Below are positions 50,301-62,218 of a DNA stretch of 64,000 nucleotides, piece after piece; the stretch's first letter is position 1; every line of letters starts with the position of its first letter. Location: positions 7,414,043 through 7,478,042 of the forward strand of contig CM082593.2 of NCBI GenBank assembly GCA_040954595.2, read 5' to 3'. The translations under genes and the position numbers were made by a program. The notes beneath the pieces were generated by a model that was not told where the DNA came from, searched no databases, and worked only from the letters and a program-made list of their open reading frames with translations. The stretch comes from Balanoglossus misakiensis (Eukaryota > Animalia > Hemichordata).

Positions 50301-53300
50301 ATTGACTGTCTGGCGTCGGGGTTCACCCTTGACCTCGCTCATGATAGCCTCTAGAGTTTTTTTGGGGAGGTTATTGACTCGCTTTTCGCGCGCAGACACA
50401 CGTACACCACACGCACCCCCACGAAACAGCTAGCACCCGCTGCGACGGGTCGTTGACCTCCAGACAAAGGACAAATGGAGGACGTATCTTTGTTGTTCAG
50501 AATGTTGCGGCCTTTTTGTAGAAGCACGCTTGCATCGGTTGTAGTTTAAAGGGACAAAGTCTCTCTCTCGCTGCCCCTTTTCCATTAATTATATTAAATA
50601 CAAGACATTGTTAATGTTATTCTATATGTAGATATATAGTGAATCAATGTTCTTCCACACACAACTTCCATCCCACTTGTATGATATGAGAGTAAAAACT
50701 CGCCCAAAATGAATAAATGGTAAAGAACGATTATTCATTTTGGCGAGTTTTTTCACTCTCCTGTCTATAAGAGGGATGGAAGTTGTGTGTGGTTGAATGT
50801 TCATTCACTATATATCCACATGTAGAATAACAAACGGTGTCTTGTATCAAATATAATTAATGGAAAAAAGGGCAGCGAGAGAGAGACTTTGATTCACTGC
50901 TGTGGTGCGGTACATACAGTGCTGTTTGTGTTCAAATTTCAAAGTTCATATTAATCTCTTCCCCCCCCCCCCCCACATCTGTTCGTACACAGTTATCACC
51001 ACCGATTGCCATGGAAAATAAAAGATGTGAAACTTGGCACGTTGTTGAGCGTAGCTATCTTTGGCCATACTGCATAGCCATCAATGTTGTGTTTGAGAAC
51101 TTTGGTTGTTCATTTCGAAGAAAAGTTTGTCACCGTTATCTGTGATGGTGCTTTGATTGTTATTTGATTGATTGAAATGTCTTGTTTGTGTTAGTCAACT
51201 TGATTCTTTTTGTGATTTGGTGAATATTTACAGGTCTTCATCGCAACAGTCTGCTATTAGTCAGTGAAAGTGATTCTAGATCTACCGCTTTCAATCTGTC
51301 GTGTTCATGATGTGGTCTACATTGAGAAAGTCTGATGAAAATCGGCAATGAAAATCGGCAATTCTTTATTAAGAGACAAGGTAGACCATGAAAATTTGAT
51401 GGCTTCAAACCTTGTCATTGAAATGATCAAACAACTTGTGGCCTACTTTTGGAGGAGTTGCTCCCTGTGCTTGGTAGATCAGCCGGAAATTGGGTCACTG
51501 ACACCCTAGCTGCCGAGTAACCTTGGCGATGAGACAGGGATGCCGACCTAAGTCGCGGTGGGGCCGAGTTTTGGTTTCTGTTTTGAGAGACCCCCGACTT
51601 TAGAGGTTAGTTCAAACGGAACGTGACGGCTCGCAGGTCACACTCCGCGAAGAAGAAGAGGGTCAATGTCCTCTAGGTCGTTGAACTGTACGCCGGAATG
51701 GAGGACGATCAGGAAGGCACCGACGAGCCCACCAGCCGTGGTGCCACCGGGGAACGGCCTTGCTCCGGGGCCGTTCGTATCATTGTTGTGGGTGTGTCGT
51801 TTCGACGTTGGGGGGTCAATGACTGGAGGTCGATCGACGGGGAGCAGAAAGAGGGGGGGGGAGCGCTTTCCTCCCACGGTCGGTCAGTACACATGCGCGC
51901 TCTCCCTCTCTCTCTCGCGCGCTCTCTCGTGTGATTCGATCACAAGAAAAAAGGCCACCCAGAAATTAGCCACCTTCATTGAGCTTAACGGCCTTGCCAG
52001 TCCCATTAGCATCACTTAAGTGGCGGTTGTGTTCTGTCGGAAAGTGTTAATTACTTTTTGGGGAGGGGGAACAGGGAATCACTCTCTAGCCCCTCCAGTT
52101 TGACCGAGGTCAGATGAGAGGGGTTGGGAGTCCCTCCTTCCAAGGTTGTGGTCATAGAGCCTTATTTTAACAAACAAGTGAATGAATGAATGAATGAATG
52201 AATGAATGAATGAATGAATAAATAAATAAATAAATAATATGTGATAGTAATTAATATATCATGGTGACAAAAGAATAAGGGACTGACAATACCTTTGTTG
52301 GTGTTGATTTGAATTTATTATATAGTGATTCACTTCTCATTTACTCCAATCTGATGAATGAAACATAATTAGTTCCTGCATTATATCACCATTGGTGTCT
52401 TCTCTGTTTACCACTCAACAGTCATGGTTATGCGAAAGTACGATAGCGTAAAAGTAGATTGCGAGGCCGTGAAGCTTGTTCAAAACGCCATGGAATCATT
52501 GAAATTCTGCCTAATCTGAATGAGGAAGATACTGATCTAAGCCCGCAAGGCATGGCTTGTTAAATGTTGTGTATCACTTGAAAATGGCCTGTTATGTACT
52601 TGAATTTGAACCGTGCTGTATCAGTTCTTGCTGTCATTAGCCTTGTTATCTTTCACTGTGTTTTTAAAGCTCCACTAGCTGTAACTTTTGGCTATATTTT
52701 CAGTATGTATATTTTATGTGACTATTGAAGCAAAATTATTTCATTTATGTGTTAAGGACAGATTGACATAGAAGGTTTAAATTGGCTGTCTATAAACTCT
52801 TGTAGAGTCTATATTTTCAGAAAGCAAACAAATTTTCCGTAAGAATGAAACAGACGTCTTGGCAGCCATTTTGAATATGAAATTGAAGTGTTTTTCAAGC
52901 ACTTGGATCTCGTGAACCAAACGTCTTGCACAGTGACCCCTGGATTACTGTCTTTTTTTTTTGAAGTGTGTTTTCAAGGTACCGTCCTCTCTTGTCCATT
53001 AAATTAATAACTGATGCAGAGATTGGCTCTTAATAGTATACAAATCCAGACCTTGGTAGTCTTTGTCTAATGCAGGACATTTACCTCTGTGTTTTTGCTC
53101 TCCAGTTATTGGAAAATAGCCACAATTATAAAAAATGATTCAGAAACAAACAGACTTTAAACTCCAAGGCTCTAAACGTCTGAAATGAGGTCTCGTCCTT
53201 TAGACTGACAAGGGGTGGTTGTCGTATATTGGTTTATAAAGGTTGGATCTTTGTCTAGTCCAGGACGTTAGCCTTGCACTCAATTATAGAAAAATCAGCC

Positions 53301-56300
53301 ACAATTACCAAAAAAAAAATAATAAACAGACTTGAACTCCAAGACTTAAACGGATAAGGTCTTGTCCTTTAAATTGACATAGTGGTTCATCGTATACTGG
53401 ATCTTTGTCTAATAATAAAGGACGTTTACCTTGCCCTCAATTATCGAAAAATGAACCACAATTATCAAAAATGAAACAAACAAACTTGAACTCCAAGGCC
53501 TCGAAAGGCTGACTTGAGGTCTCATCCTTTAGATTGACGTGTCCTAACCTTGGCCTTGGTTGGAGTTATGATATTGCGTGCAGAAATTACCAGTCAGGGT
53601 CATAAGGGTCGTGACAGGTCACTGAACTCAGAACGGATGTTTACCCTGACACTGGGGCAACATTGACACCAATAATAGTTTTAACCCATATTTTGCTGTT
53701 TGCAGTAATTCACTGTTTCGCCCTTTCACCCCCCAGTTCCATCTTTAGCGGTCCAATTTGCCATAGAAGACAATGGGTTGGGACTAAACCATGGTGGTGA
53801 AAGGGTTATGACAATTTAACAGTTCAGTCTACCAGTCCAAAAAAAGTCATGCTATTATAAGATATACTGAAGCACAGATTTTTATTTGAAATTTAAAGGA
53901 CAGATTAAAATTTTTGTAATATTTTCTACATTCCATTCTGCGTATCACTGCAATTCCCCATTCTTCTCTCATCGCCGTCTTCACATATTGTCAGTGTTAT
54001 TGTTGACAGTTGAATTTTAGTTCATGCTAAGATTTGGAAATCAACAAAATCTGCACTTCACACATATACATGCTTTGTTGACAAGTTGAATATTTGACCA
54101 TGACAATCCAAGCCGGCGCTTAGCTGTGCAATTCCTGAGATTTCCTATAATTCCACCAAACAGTAGAAAAATTGCACGTCTTGGCAAATTATCGCCTACG
54201 GTATGAATTCCTTGGTCACACAACAAACACCCTTCAAAAAATGCCTCCTGTAAACACACATGATCCAGGTGTGTGCCATGGTTGTTTCAAAATTATAGAG
54301 ATTGAGGCATTTTTTATTGAAATCAGCACAAAGTACACATTATTGCTACCAAATTCTCATATAGCGTGAAATAATCATCACAATTTACAGCTCTACTTAC
54401 TGTCCCTTTAAAAGTGAGCGAGTGTGTGTGCAAAAAATTATTTTATACCCAATGTGCAGCGATTAAAATATCTACATGTAGTACCAAAATACACTTTCTG
54501 TTTATCTATCTTTCTGTCTGTCTGTTTCTGTCTACAGATGCAAGAAGTGGCCTTTAGAACATTAGCTACGTTGTCTATGAGCACAGATAGGCACAGACAG
54601 AGACTGGTTCAGGTATGTGTCATTATGGTAATTGGAATAGACTGTCACAGGAGTGTGATATATGTTTAAGTAAATCAATGCCTGTGTGTATCTAGAAACT
54701 CCAATGAGATTTTGGTAAATTACATATACATTGGCTTTGAGAGAAACATGAATGATCGGTAACAGTAACTATGGAAACAGGGTAGCTGGCGTGCTTCTGA
54801 AAAGTCACAGATTTTTAACCCCCCCCCCCCAATAAACAAAACAAAACAACACAAAAAAACAAAAACAACCCAGTCCTTAAAAGGACTTGTGAAAATTTGA
54901 TTGCAGGATCTGAATGTCTGACTCAGGTATACAGCACGACAGTCAGGCACATGGTCAATGGACCAAATTTGTCTGAAAACTTTTGTGCGAATTTTAATGC
55001 ATTTAAATTTGTTGTATTACAAACAGCAAGACACAACACCACTGCTCTTTCTGAACATGCAGTGACTAGCGCACTGTAGCTTGAGGTCCAAGTTATCCAA
55101 ATATGTTTGTGGCAATTCTAACATGGTGGCTGCTGGCAGTGCAGGGCAGGGTTTGGCAAAGACTAGAGTCTATGGCTAGACTTGCTATAAGTCTGTGAAA
55201 GGCTTAATTATGGGCATAATTAGCTGAGCCAATTTGCCTCAAATTAAATATTCCTCAGAGTTAATGTACCCATCCAGATTAACTTGAATCTTGTAAGCAT
55301 TGTATAGGGCTTGGCGAGCACTAACATGAGCCCAACCAAGGCAGATCTCGAAAATCATGTTAAATCATAGCGAAAGATGAAAATTGTTAATACAATGAGA
55401 GACGGGGAAGAAGTGAATAATTACAGAAATGTGAATGAGACAGAAAAAATGTAATCAGAAATGACAAGCAACTGGAGGGAATGTATGAATCATATGGATT
55501 CATCAAAACTGCCCTGTACATTAAAAACTCAAGCATGCAGACACCGGCACTTGCTGATATCTTAAAATTCGAAACAATCGTTCAGACGTGCACCACTTTT
55601 ATTTGATTCACAAGGAAGATTTGTCGTCCGGAAAGCGTTTTGTGCAAGCCGTCAGTCGCCGACCAAAGAACGTTCAAGTTCTCTGCAATGCGGCGTGTCT
55701 TCTTGGCAATCTTGCAAGTCTACAGGAACAAAATCAGGTAGGTGTTTAGAATTGAAGGGACAAAGTCTCTCTCTCGCTGACCTTTTTCCATGAATTATGT
55801 TTGACACAAGACACTGTCTATGTTAATGAACATGTGGATATATAGTGAATCAATGTTACACCACACACAACTTCCATCCCACTTATAGACACAAGAGTGA
55901 AATACTCGCCAAAATGGACAATCGGTGTTTACCATTTATTCATTTTGGGCGAGTTTTTACTCTCATATCATACAAGCAGGATGGAAGGTGTGTGTGGTCG
56001 GATGTTGATTCAATATATATCCACATGTAGAATAAAATAAACAGTGTCTTGTATCAAACTTAATTCATGGTAAAAGAGAGCAGCAAGAGAGAGACTTTGT
56101 CCATTTAAACCCTGGGGCTTTTTCTAGAAAATCTCAGTATATTTCAACCACTTCACTAATATGCAGGTACATGTACAGTCAAGAGAAACCTTTGCCAGTG
56201 GCCACCTCTATATAGTGGCCACTTTGTTACAGTCCCTGTGCAGTCTACATGTACATTAATTGAACTGTCTATAAAGGCCACATGTCTATAATGCCAGTTT

Positions 56301-57457
56301 AGGAATGTCCCTTGACTGGCCACTATAGACAGGTTTGACTGTACATGTATATACTGGAAGCCAATAAAGGGTCCATGCCATGCCCATACCCACAACACGC
56401 AAAATCACTCTTTGTGTAGTGAAGTCGAGATTTCGAGATTTGTTGCTGTCTAGAATCTCATATCATGAATTGCCCGACTTGTCATGTGTTCAGAAAACTG
56501 GCAAATTTCGCCGCCGTGCAAATGTCGTTTTCATCGACACAGTAGGCAATGTTTGAAAATGCTCCTAGGATAGAGATTTCGATTGAAAATCAAGGGCATG
56601 CATTAAGCCACCAGCACTGAAAAAGGCATTTGTGGAAAAGATATTTTTGGTTCATCGAGAAGGTAACAAAATGACCTTGTATGTCTACTGTGTCCGCGTG
56701 TACCAAGAAAACTGTCGCGTAGCGGTTCTCGGAAATCTCCAGCGACCTTGTATTGTTTAGTTTAGCGAGAAGTGTTGTGCAACGGTTCTCCGAAATCTCT
56801 AGCAACGTTGCATTGTTAAGTCTGGGCTATCAGTGTCTTGTCTGGCTGCATGTCCAGGGTAGTGTCTGTCAGATTGTTTTTAGATAATCTGGCGTTCCGG
56901 TCTTTGTACATTGTACAGTCGAACCTGTGTGTATAGTGGCAAGTCAAGGGACTTTCCTAAAACTGGCCTTTATAGATAGATGGCCTTTATATAGAGGTTA
57001 ATAATTAATGCATGTGTGAATTGCACAGGGACTGTAACAAAATGGCCACTATATAGAGGTGACCACTATATAGGGGTGGCCACTAACAGAGGTTTGACTG
57101 TACTCTACCACCAGCTAGGGTCTTAAAGGGAAGTGGTCGTCGCGCCGCGTTTGTTTGTTTGTTTATAATAATAAACATTACAATTCATCCACAAATCCCT
57201 GAAATGAGATCATTCTTAGAATGAACGAAGCAGCCAACCGTAGCACAGACTGGGCATGACAGCAACTGAAGATCCTAGTAGGTTGTGGCGACTGCAGTGA
57301 GGTTTGTTCTGGTATGGGAGGACATATTCTCATCAAGGGGGACACCCACACGGCGCGACGACCGCTTCCCTGTAAAGTTTCAATATATAAACCTTGGTGG
57401 GTGGGTGGGTGGTTGGGTATGGGTGATCAATAAATTGATTATTGATTGATTGATTGA

Positions 57458-57513
<56 letters not shown>

Positions 57514-59089
57514 AAAAGGATGTACAGACATTTCATTGTCCCATTAATCAGCATATTCAGGCCGACACAAGAGCGAATTCAATATTGACTGTGGTTTATT
57601 TTCACTGCAGGGCTCACTACAGGACTATCTGACCTGTGTCTGCGAGATGCTGGAGTTGTACCCCAGTCACAATGATGTCATCACGCACGTCTCGAGAGCC
57701 ATTGCAAATTTCTCCAAGTATAAAATACACACTCCAGTCATAGTGAGTTGATTTATATCTTGTCTGCTGCTAACCTGTTCACCCCTTATTTGTGTATGTG
57801 CGGGCCCAAACGTGTTGTTCAAAGCACTATGGGATTGTACCAGCCCTTGGCAGTGAAGGGGTACTAAACACTTGTAAACTTATACTTTTTGGTGGGTCTG
57901 TGTGTATTAAAATTCGAGCAAAATACTTTTTTAATCTGGCCTACAAAATTTGTCTTTGAACGTGTCCATAACTTAAATTGTAAACCACAGAGATTTAAGT
58001 TTTGATCAGTTCGAATTTTTTTTAGCAAAGTGGTGCTTTTTCTCCAAAAAGGAAAGGAATGGATAAAGTCAACTGTAGGGGGCGCTCTGTATTATCAAGA
58101 CAGTACTTGTATAAAAAGATATCATTGAGCAACTTTCAAAAGTATTTACTTTTATTTCTAAAGTCAGGATTTAACTAATACAAAAGGAGCAATGTATGAC
58201 TATTTCATGTGTGCTGGACAGTCTTGAAGATTATTAATTTCTGTTTTTTTCTTTCTATATGTAGATGCAACATCTTGATAATATCATCCAGAGAATGTTA
58301 AAGGTAATAAATGCATTCATTTGCATCTATGATTATTTTTTTATTACTGGCAGAAGTAGTGGTAATACATGTAGTAGATTACACACACACTCACACACAT
58401 GCTCGCGCACGCACACACACACACACACACACACCAGATAACTCTTGATGTGTCTATTTTCCACACATTGTTTTTCCGAATTTTAATTTTCTTTCGTCTC
58501 ATTCTTCCCAGTCGTCTGTCGTCAATATTCAATACCAGGGAGTCCGGGCTGTGTTGTATCTTCTGTCCCATTCCACAGATACTACAACATCAAGACTTCT
58601 GAGGTGAGTTTTCCGTTTCGCATCAACACATATCAATATTTGTTTACAGTTTCTGGAGGCAAAACTAGTACACCTACATCTGGAAGTTGATCTGTGATCG
58701 ATATATTATATACTGTAAAACACTTTATTTTCGCGAGCAATAAATTTTCGAAAAATACGCTAGAGCCAAAATAGCGTGAAAATAAAAAGTCGCGTACTTT
58801 TTTTGGAAGATAACGATGCAGTGAATGAAATAAGAGAACGCGAAAATTAATACTCGCGAAACAGTGGCCTCTCTCGATATCGCGAAAATTTCAACTCAGA
58901 AAATAAAGTGTTTTACAGTATATCGTACCAAGCATCAAAGCATCTTACAAGCAATTTTTTTTTCCCCGTTCGCCACACAGAGACGGAGTGACAGATGTCC
59001 TGCAGGGCATTGTGGGTATCCCTGGAGTCATGCAGGCTGTGCAGGCGGCCATATTGCAAAACGTTCCCGACCGAGCTAAACCAAGCTAG
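41385..59089 (+). CDS. FYVE zinc finger + armadillo-repeat (Vac8-like ARM) protein, ~470 aa
   Basis: Twelve phase-consistent exons: 41385-41497, 41968-42190, 42841-43064, 43570-43667, 44342-44469, 48771-48827, 54538-54612, 55615-55737, 57611-57742, 58265-58303, 58512-58603, 58981-59089 (1413 nt, ends TAG). The FYVE signature is WMED...CNVC...F...RRKHHCRVCGRVVCNKC...RSCEEC. ARM-like repeats follow: LGGLQTLVYLSRS, EAGAIKAVCSLL, EDGVLQPVLQL, EQMQEVAFRTLATLS, VLCNAACLLGNLA, HVSRAIANFS. Confidence 0.88.
41753..41788. repeat. (GAGT)n microsatellite
   Basis: Directly visible tandem GTGA/GAGT run. Confidence 0.9.
41807..41906. mobile_element. 100-bp hairpin MITE TAG...CTA with degenerate 9-bp TSD
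   Basis: ggaataagt|tagctgtggtac...gtaccacagcta|ggaatgggt (TSD 7/9 identical). Confidence 0.7.
47679..47698. mobile_element. 20-bp perfect palindrome with 7-bp TSD (P-element-like micro-MITE or footprint)
   Basis: attccac|catagaccctagggtctatg|attccac. Relatives at 24616-24641 and 11939-11957. Confidence 0.65.
49558..49632. mobile_element. 75-bp hairpin MITE TAG...CTA with perfect 9-bp TSD
   Basis: gcatcatct|tagcctagtcctagccgtattt...aaatacggataggactaggcta|gcatcatct. Confidence 0.85.
50550..50891. mobile_element. Foldback MITE family A copy 2 (right end slightly truncated)
   Basis: Homologous to 33999-34346. Confidence 0.8.
52180..52237. repeat. (GAAT)n(AAAT)n microsatellite
   Basis: Directly visible. 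Confidence 0.9.
53050..53540. repeat. Degenerate tandem repeat, about 3 units of ~150-190 bp
   Basis: Recurring tctttgtcta...aggac...ccacaatta...aaacaga/aacttgaactccaag...aggtct..tccttta.a.tgac. Confidence 0.7.
53721..53805. mobile_element. piggyBac-like MITE family E copy 2
   Basis: Homologous to 38808-38901. Confidence 0.7.
55756..56104. mobile_element. Foldback MITE family A copy 3
   Basis: Homologous to 33999-34346. Confidence 0.8.
56176..56341. mobile_element. Tc1/mariner-like MITE family C copy 2 (inverted)
   Basis: Reverse-complement homolog of 33309-33486, TA-flanked. Confidence 0.75.
56916..57100. mobile_element. Tc1/mariner-like MITE family C copy 3
   Basis: ta|cagtcgaacctgt...aggtttgactg|ta. 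Confidence 0.8.
57127..57371. mobile_element. TTAA-flanked MITE family D copy 2
   Basis: Near-identical to 28588-28822. Confidence 0.8.
57436..57512. repeat. (GATT)n microsatellite
   Basis: Directly visible. Confidence 0.9.
58713..58918. mobile_element. TA-flanked MITE with ~20-bp TIRs
   Basis: ta|ctgtaaaacactttattttc ... gaaaataaagtgttttacag|ta, with internal cgcgaaaa subrepeats. Confidence 0.75.
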
Positions 59090-59136
59090 TTGAGGCAAGA
59101 GGAATTACTAACTTTGCAAACTGCAATACAACTTAT

Positions 59137-59222
59137 CCCTTTCACCACCATGGTTCAGTCCAAACCCATTGTTTTCTATGGTAAGGCTGGACCTCTAAAC
59201 AGGGAACTGGGGGTGAAAGGGG
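59137..59222. mobile_element. piggyBac-like MITE family E copy 3 (inverted), in the FYVE-ARM 3' UTR
   Basis: Reverse-complement homolog of 38808-38901. Confidence 0.7.
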
Positions 59223-60351
59223 TTGAATCTTCACGGAAGGCTGTTATTCACCTTTTCCAGGATTCAAACCATGACCTACCATTTTTACCTGGAACTCATC
59301 TAAATCAAAATAGGGGAGAATGGTTTGACAGGCCACACATAAAATTACGTGAAAAGGTAAAAACAGAACTTCTGCCTTCACACTTATTATCGGAAGCAGT
59401 TAGAAACACTATATTTTAATGCTGTGTTATTACTGAAACATGAATGAAAATCAAAATTATGAAGTCATATTACTAATGGAAAATTCAGATCACCAATCAA
59501 ACTTCAGAGGTCATGAAAGTGGCCTGTTGTGTGAATTAGTGATGAAGAAAAGAAAATTTCCACAAGCAATTTATTCATAACGTTGACAATCTAAGAAGAA
59601 ATTATATAAGTGTATTTTTTCACAGATTATACTGTCAAGATGTCACCTGGTGATGCTATGCATTCTGGGTAAAGGTTAAAGGTCAGAATTCCATTTCCAA
59701 CATGAGATGGCAGTGACCATTCTAATGTTGGCATTAGAAAATTGCTTTTTTTCTGACAATACAAGAAGTGCCAAATTGTTTATTGTATAAAAATGTGCAA
59801 GTATTTATGTTTTATACTTGCTAATAATGAATAATAATTAAATTATATTGAATATACCATGTACCTACCAGGGTATATATACAAAATGTATCACTTATTT
59901 ACTTAATTAATGGAAAATGTTTGCTGAACTCTAATTGTATTCTAAAGGGCCATTTTATCTCACATTGGCTCAAGAACACTTATTTTGCTTTACAATTCTC
60001 TATGTTTTAATATAGATTCATAGTTGCCTATCATTTGATTAAATAGTCTTTTCTGTCTGTTATAAAGGTATGTATAATGGCATTTGGGGTCATCTTTCTG
60101 GCCCATTCTTATAAGTCCATATCAGGTGTGCCCTCTATCTATGCAAGTTTGACACAGAGGCTGACCATAGTGACAATGTCAGAGCATGGGACAAAAATGA
60201 CAGCTTCATCCACCTTGAACTTGTGTCATGGGGAATTTCCATTTAAATAGACTACTTCATATCAGTTAGGAATGAATGATGAGATAGTGTTTTGTCCTAG
60301 AAAAGGGATTCATTGGAAAACGTATGTATGCACAGTGTATGTATGTACATA

Positions 60352-60526
60352 CAGTAAAACCTGTATAAACCGAATACCAAAGGGACTGAAGAAATCGTTC
60401 GGTTTGCAGAGGTTCATTTCATATAAGTTCTTTAACATGTGGTTCTATGTCAAAGGGATGGGAAAATGTGTTCGGTATAGACAGGTTTCCAGATTAGACA
60501 GGGTTTGGTTCAGACAGGTTTTACTG
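60352..60526. mobile_element. TA-flanked CAGT...ACTG MITE related to family C
   Basis: ta|cagtaaaacctgt...acaggttttactg|ta. Confidence 0.7.
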
Positions 60527-61057
60527 TATGTATGTACGTACATGTGTAGCCTATACTCAAAACTGTAAACTTGACACTGTCTTGATTTTTTTTATGCGGA
60601 CAAGGTTTCTTGTGACTTATATATGTACACATATACTCATGTGTGTGATCATGCTGTTTTTCGTACCCACTATAATCTGTGGGGGACTATGTTACTTTGA
60701 ATATTTTCTGTTTTCTATTCTATTGTATTCTACCATTTTGGATGCCTTCTCTATATCGAACATGCACCACTATATATTTTACTGTACTTATTGTTGCAAT
60801 AAATTTCAGTTACCAGTACTCTGTTTGCAAAGTAATACAATCTTTTGTTCATGCAAAACTCTGATCTGCAGTGGTCGTCTTCTCACGCAGCTATACTTGA
60901 TGGTGGTTGTTGCTTTCCTATTAAAGTCTGAGATGCAGTTCTGACATTTGACATATGCGGTGTCGACCATGTCTGGTTGGTGGGTGACGGATGGTGTCTT
61001 TGTTTTCAAAGAGTGATGCATATATGGTTTAATCCACGATCAGATATAATTTCAGAT

Positions 61058-62218
61058 TTAATGTCTCTGACGCCCGCAAGTACACGCCACTGCCAGTTTC
61101 ACTGTGGTCGGTTCGTAGACATAAAACCCGTCAGAGTCACAAGCGCTGGTTTTCACTAAGACTGTCAGGTCAGCCGTGGTTATCTTCTCACACCGCCATA
61201 TTGGATGGTGGTCGCTGTTCTCCAGGAGATCCGTGATGCAGTTCGGACAATCGTAGCACTCGGCTTCGAACAGGGTTTGTGGGTAGCGGTCGGTGTCTGT
61301 GTTTTCAACGTGGTAGTAAGGGCAGGTCGATCTGATTTCCAAAGGGGCGCCTGAACCATACGAAATTGGACAGGTGGTTCTTGAGGTGGGAGGGGGGGGG
61401 GGCTGTATAACCGAGAATTAGCATACACAAGTGCATTCGGTGTATACTGCTTCAACTGATCTCTTAAAGCATCTTCCTTTGGTTGTTGACAGTTTACTGA
61501 GTCGCCATGGGTACTGTTGCTAGGTGACCGATGGGAGGGGGGGGGTATAAATCGAGGACAAATGACGTACGCGTGAATCAACTCGATTGGGTCTTTGGCA
61601 ATCCATGGGATCACCATGGATACCACTGATATTCCAAGACGCAATTATCTGAAAAATAGAAAAGAAAAAAATATAGGGTTTGATGGGCGTTTTAAATCGA
61701 TCTAAGTTATCAATAATTCAAGATTAAAGAAGAAGTTACTTATACATGTAACTTATAAAATGATCAACAGGTGAGGTGGCCTTTAAATTAGAATGGACAT
61801 TATGTAAAAGCAAGCAAGACAGTTACATGCAACTGGAAACTTAAAAGAACACCAAACAGCAATTAGTGGTCGGTTCTTGCCTGAATTGTACAACAGGTGA
61901 AAATTGACGAAATGTGAGATTTCCTTATTTTGGAATATAACGGCGGTTTGTCTGTTGTTGGAGGTCGCAAACGGCGTTCCGATGAATGTGTTTCTGATGT
62001 ATATTCAATTGTCTTTATTTTATTTTTAAATTAATTTAGTCGGACAAGGCTGTATGTTGCGTTCTCGCCAAAGCCTTCCCTACAAAGCATATGCGCGTGG
62101 TTACTTTGAATAAGCCACGCGGGCTCAAGACGTGGCTTTTAGCACCCACAGTCACCAATAAACTGACGATAAAATAGTGTGTATGTGTACTTACCAGAAG
62201 CACGCTGGCGAGGTCCAT
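61058..62218 (-). CDS. IL17: Interleukin-17 family cytokine, copy 1 (frame interrupted between two poly-C runs as assembled)
   Basis: Exon 1 at 62218-62195 (MDLASVLL|gtaagt) and exon 2 at 61648-61058. The cystine-knot IL-17 core reads TTCP...LEIRSTCPYYHVENTDTDRYPQTLFEAECYDCPNC...CEKI...TVLVKTSAC...TVKLAVACTC. The signal-peptide frame and the core frame are the same, but a TAG lies between the G9 (61537-61545) and G11 (61392-61402) runs. Confidence 0.88.

Noticed and set aside
51638-52019. Several overlapping ORFs in a GC-rich intronic patch (possible nested gene)
   Set aside because: No domain similarity or consistent splice sites. ORF length is explained by GC content.
53050-53540. Regularly spaced repeats as a possible CRISPR-like array
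   Set aside because: The units are long degenerate tandem copies with no unique spacers, in a eukaryotic intron with no cas genes.
34042-56030. Repeated ORFs (...TTHNFHPT...[16 protein letters not shown]...)
   Set aside because: They are translations of foldback MITE family A.
60272-60944. 98-138-aa ORFs between the FYVE-ARM and IL-17 genes
   Set aside because: Low-complexity AT-rich 3' UTR and MITE sequence with no homology signal.
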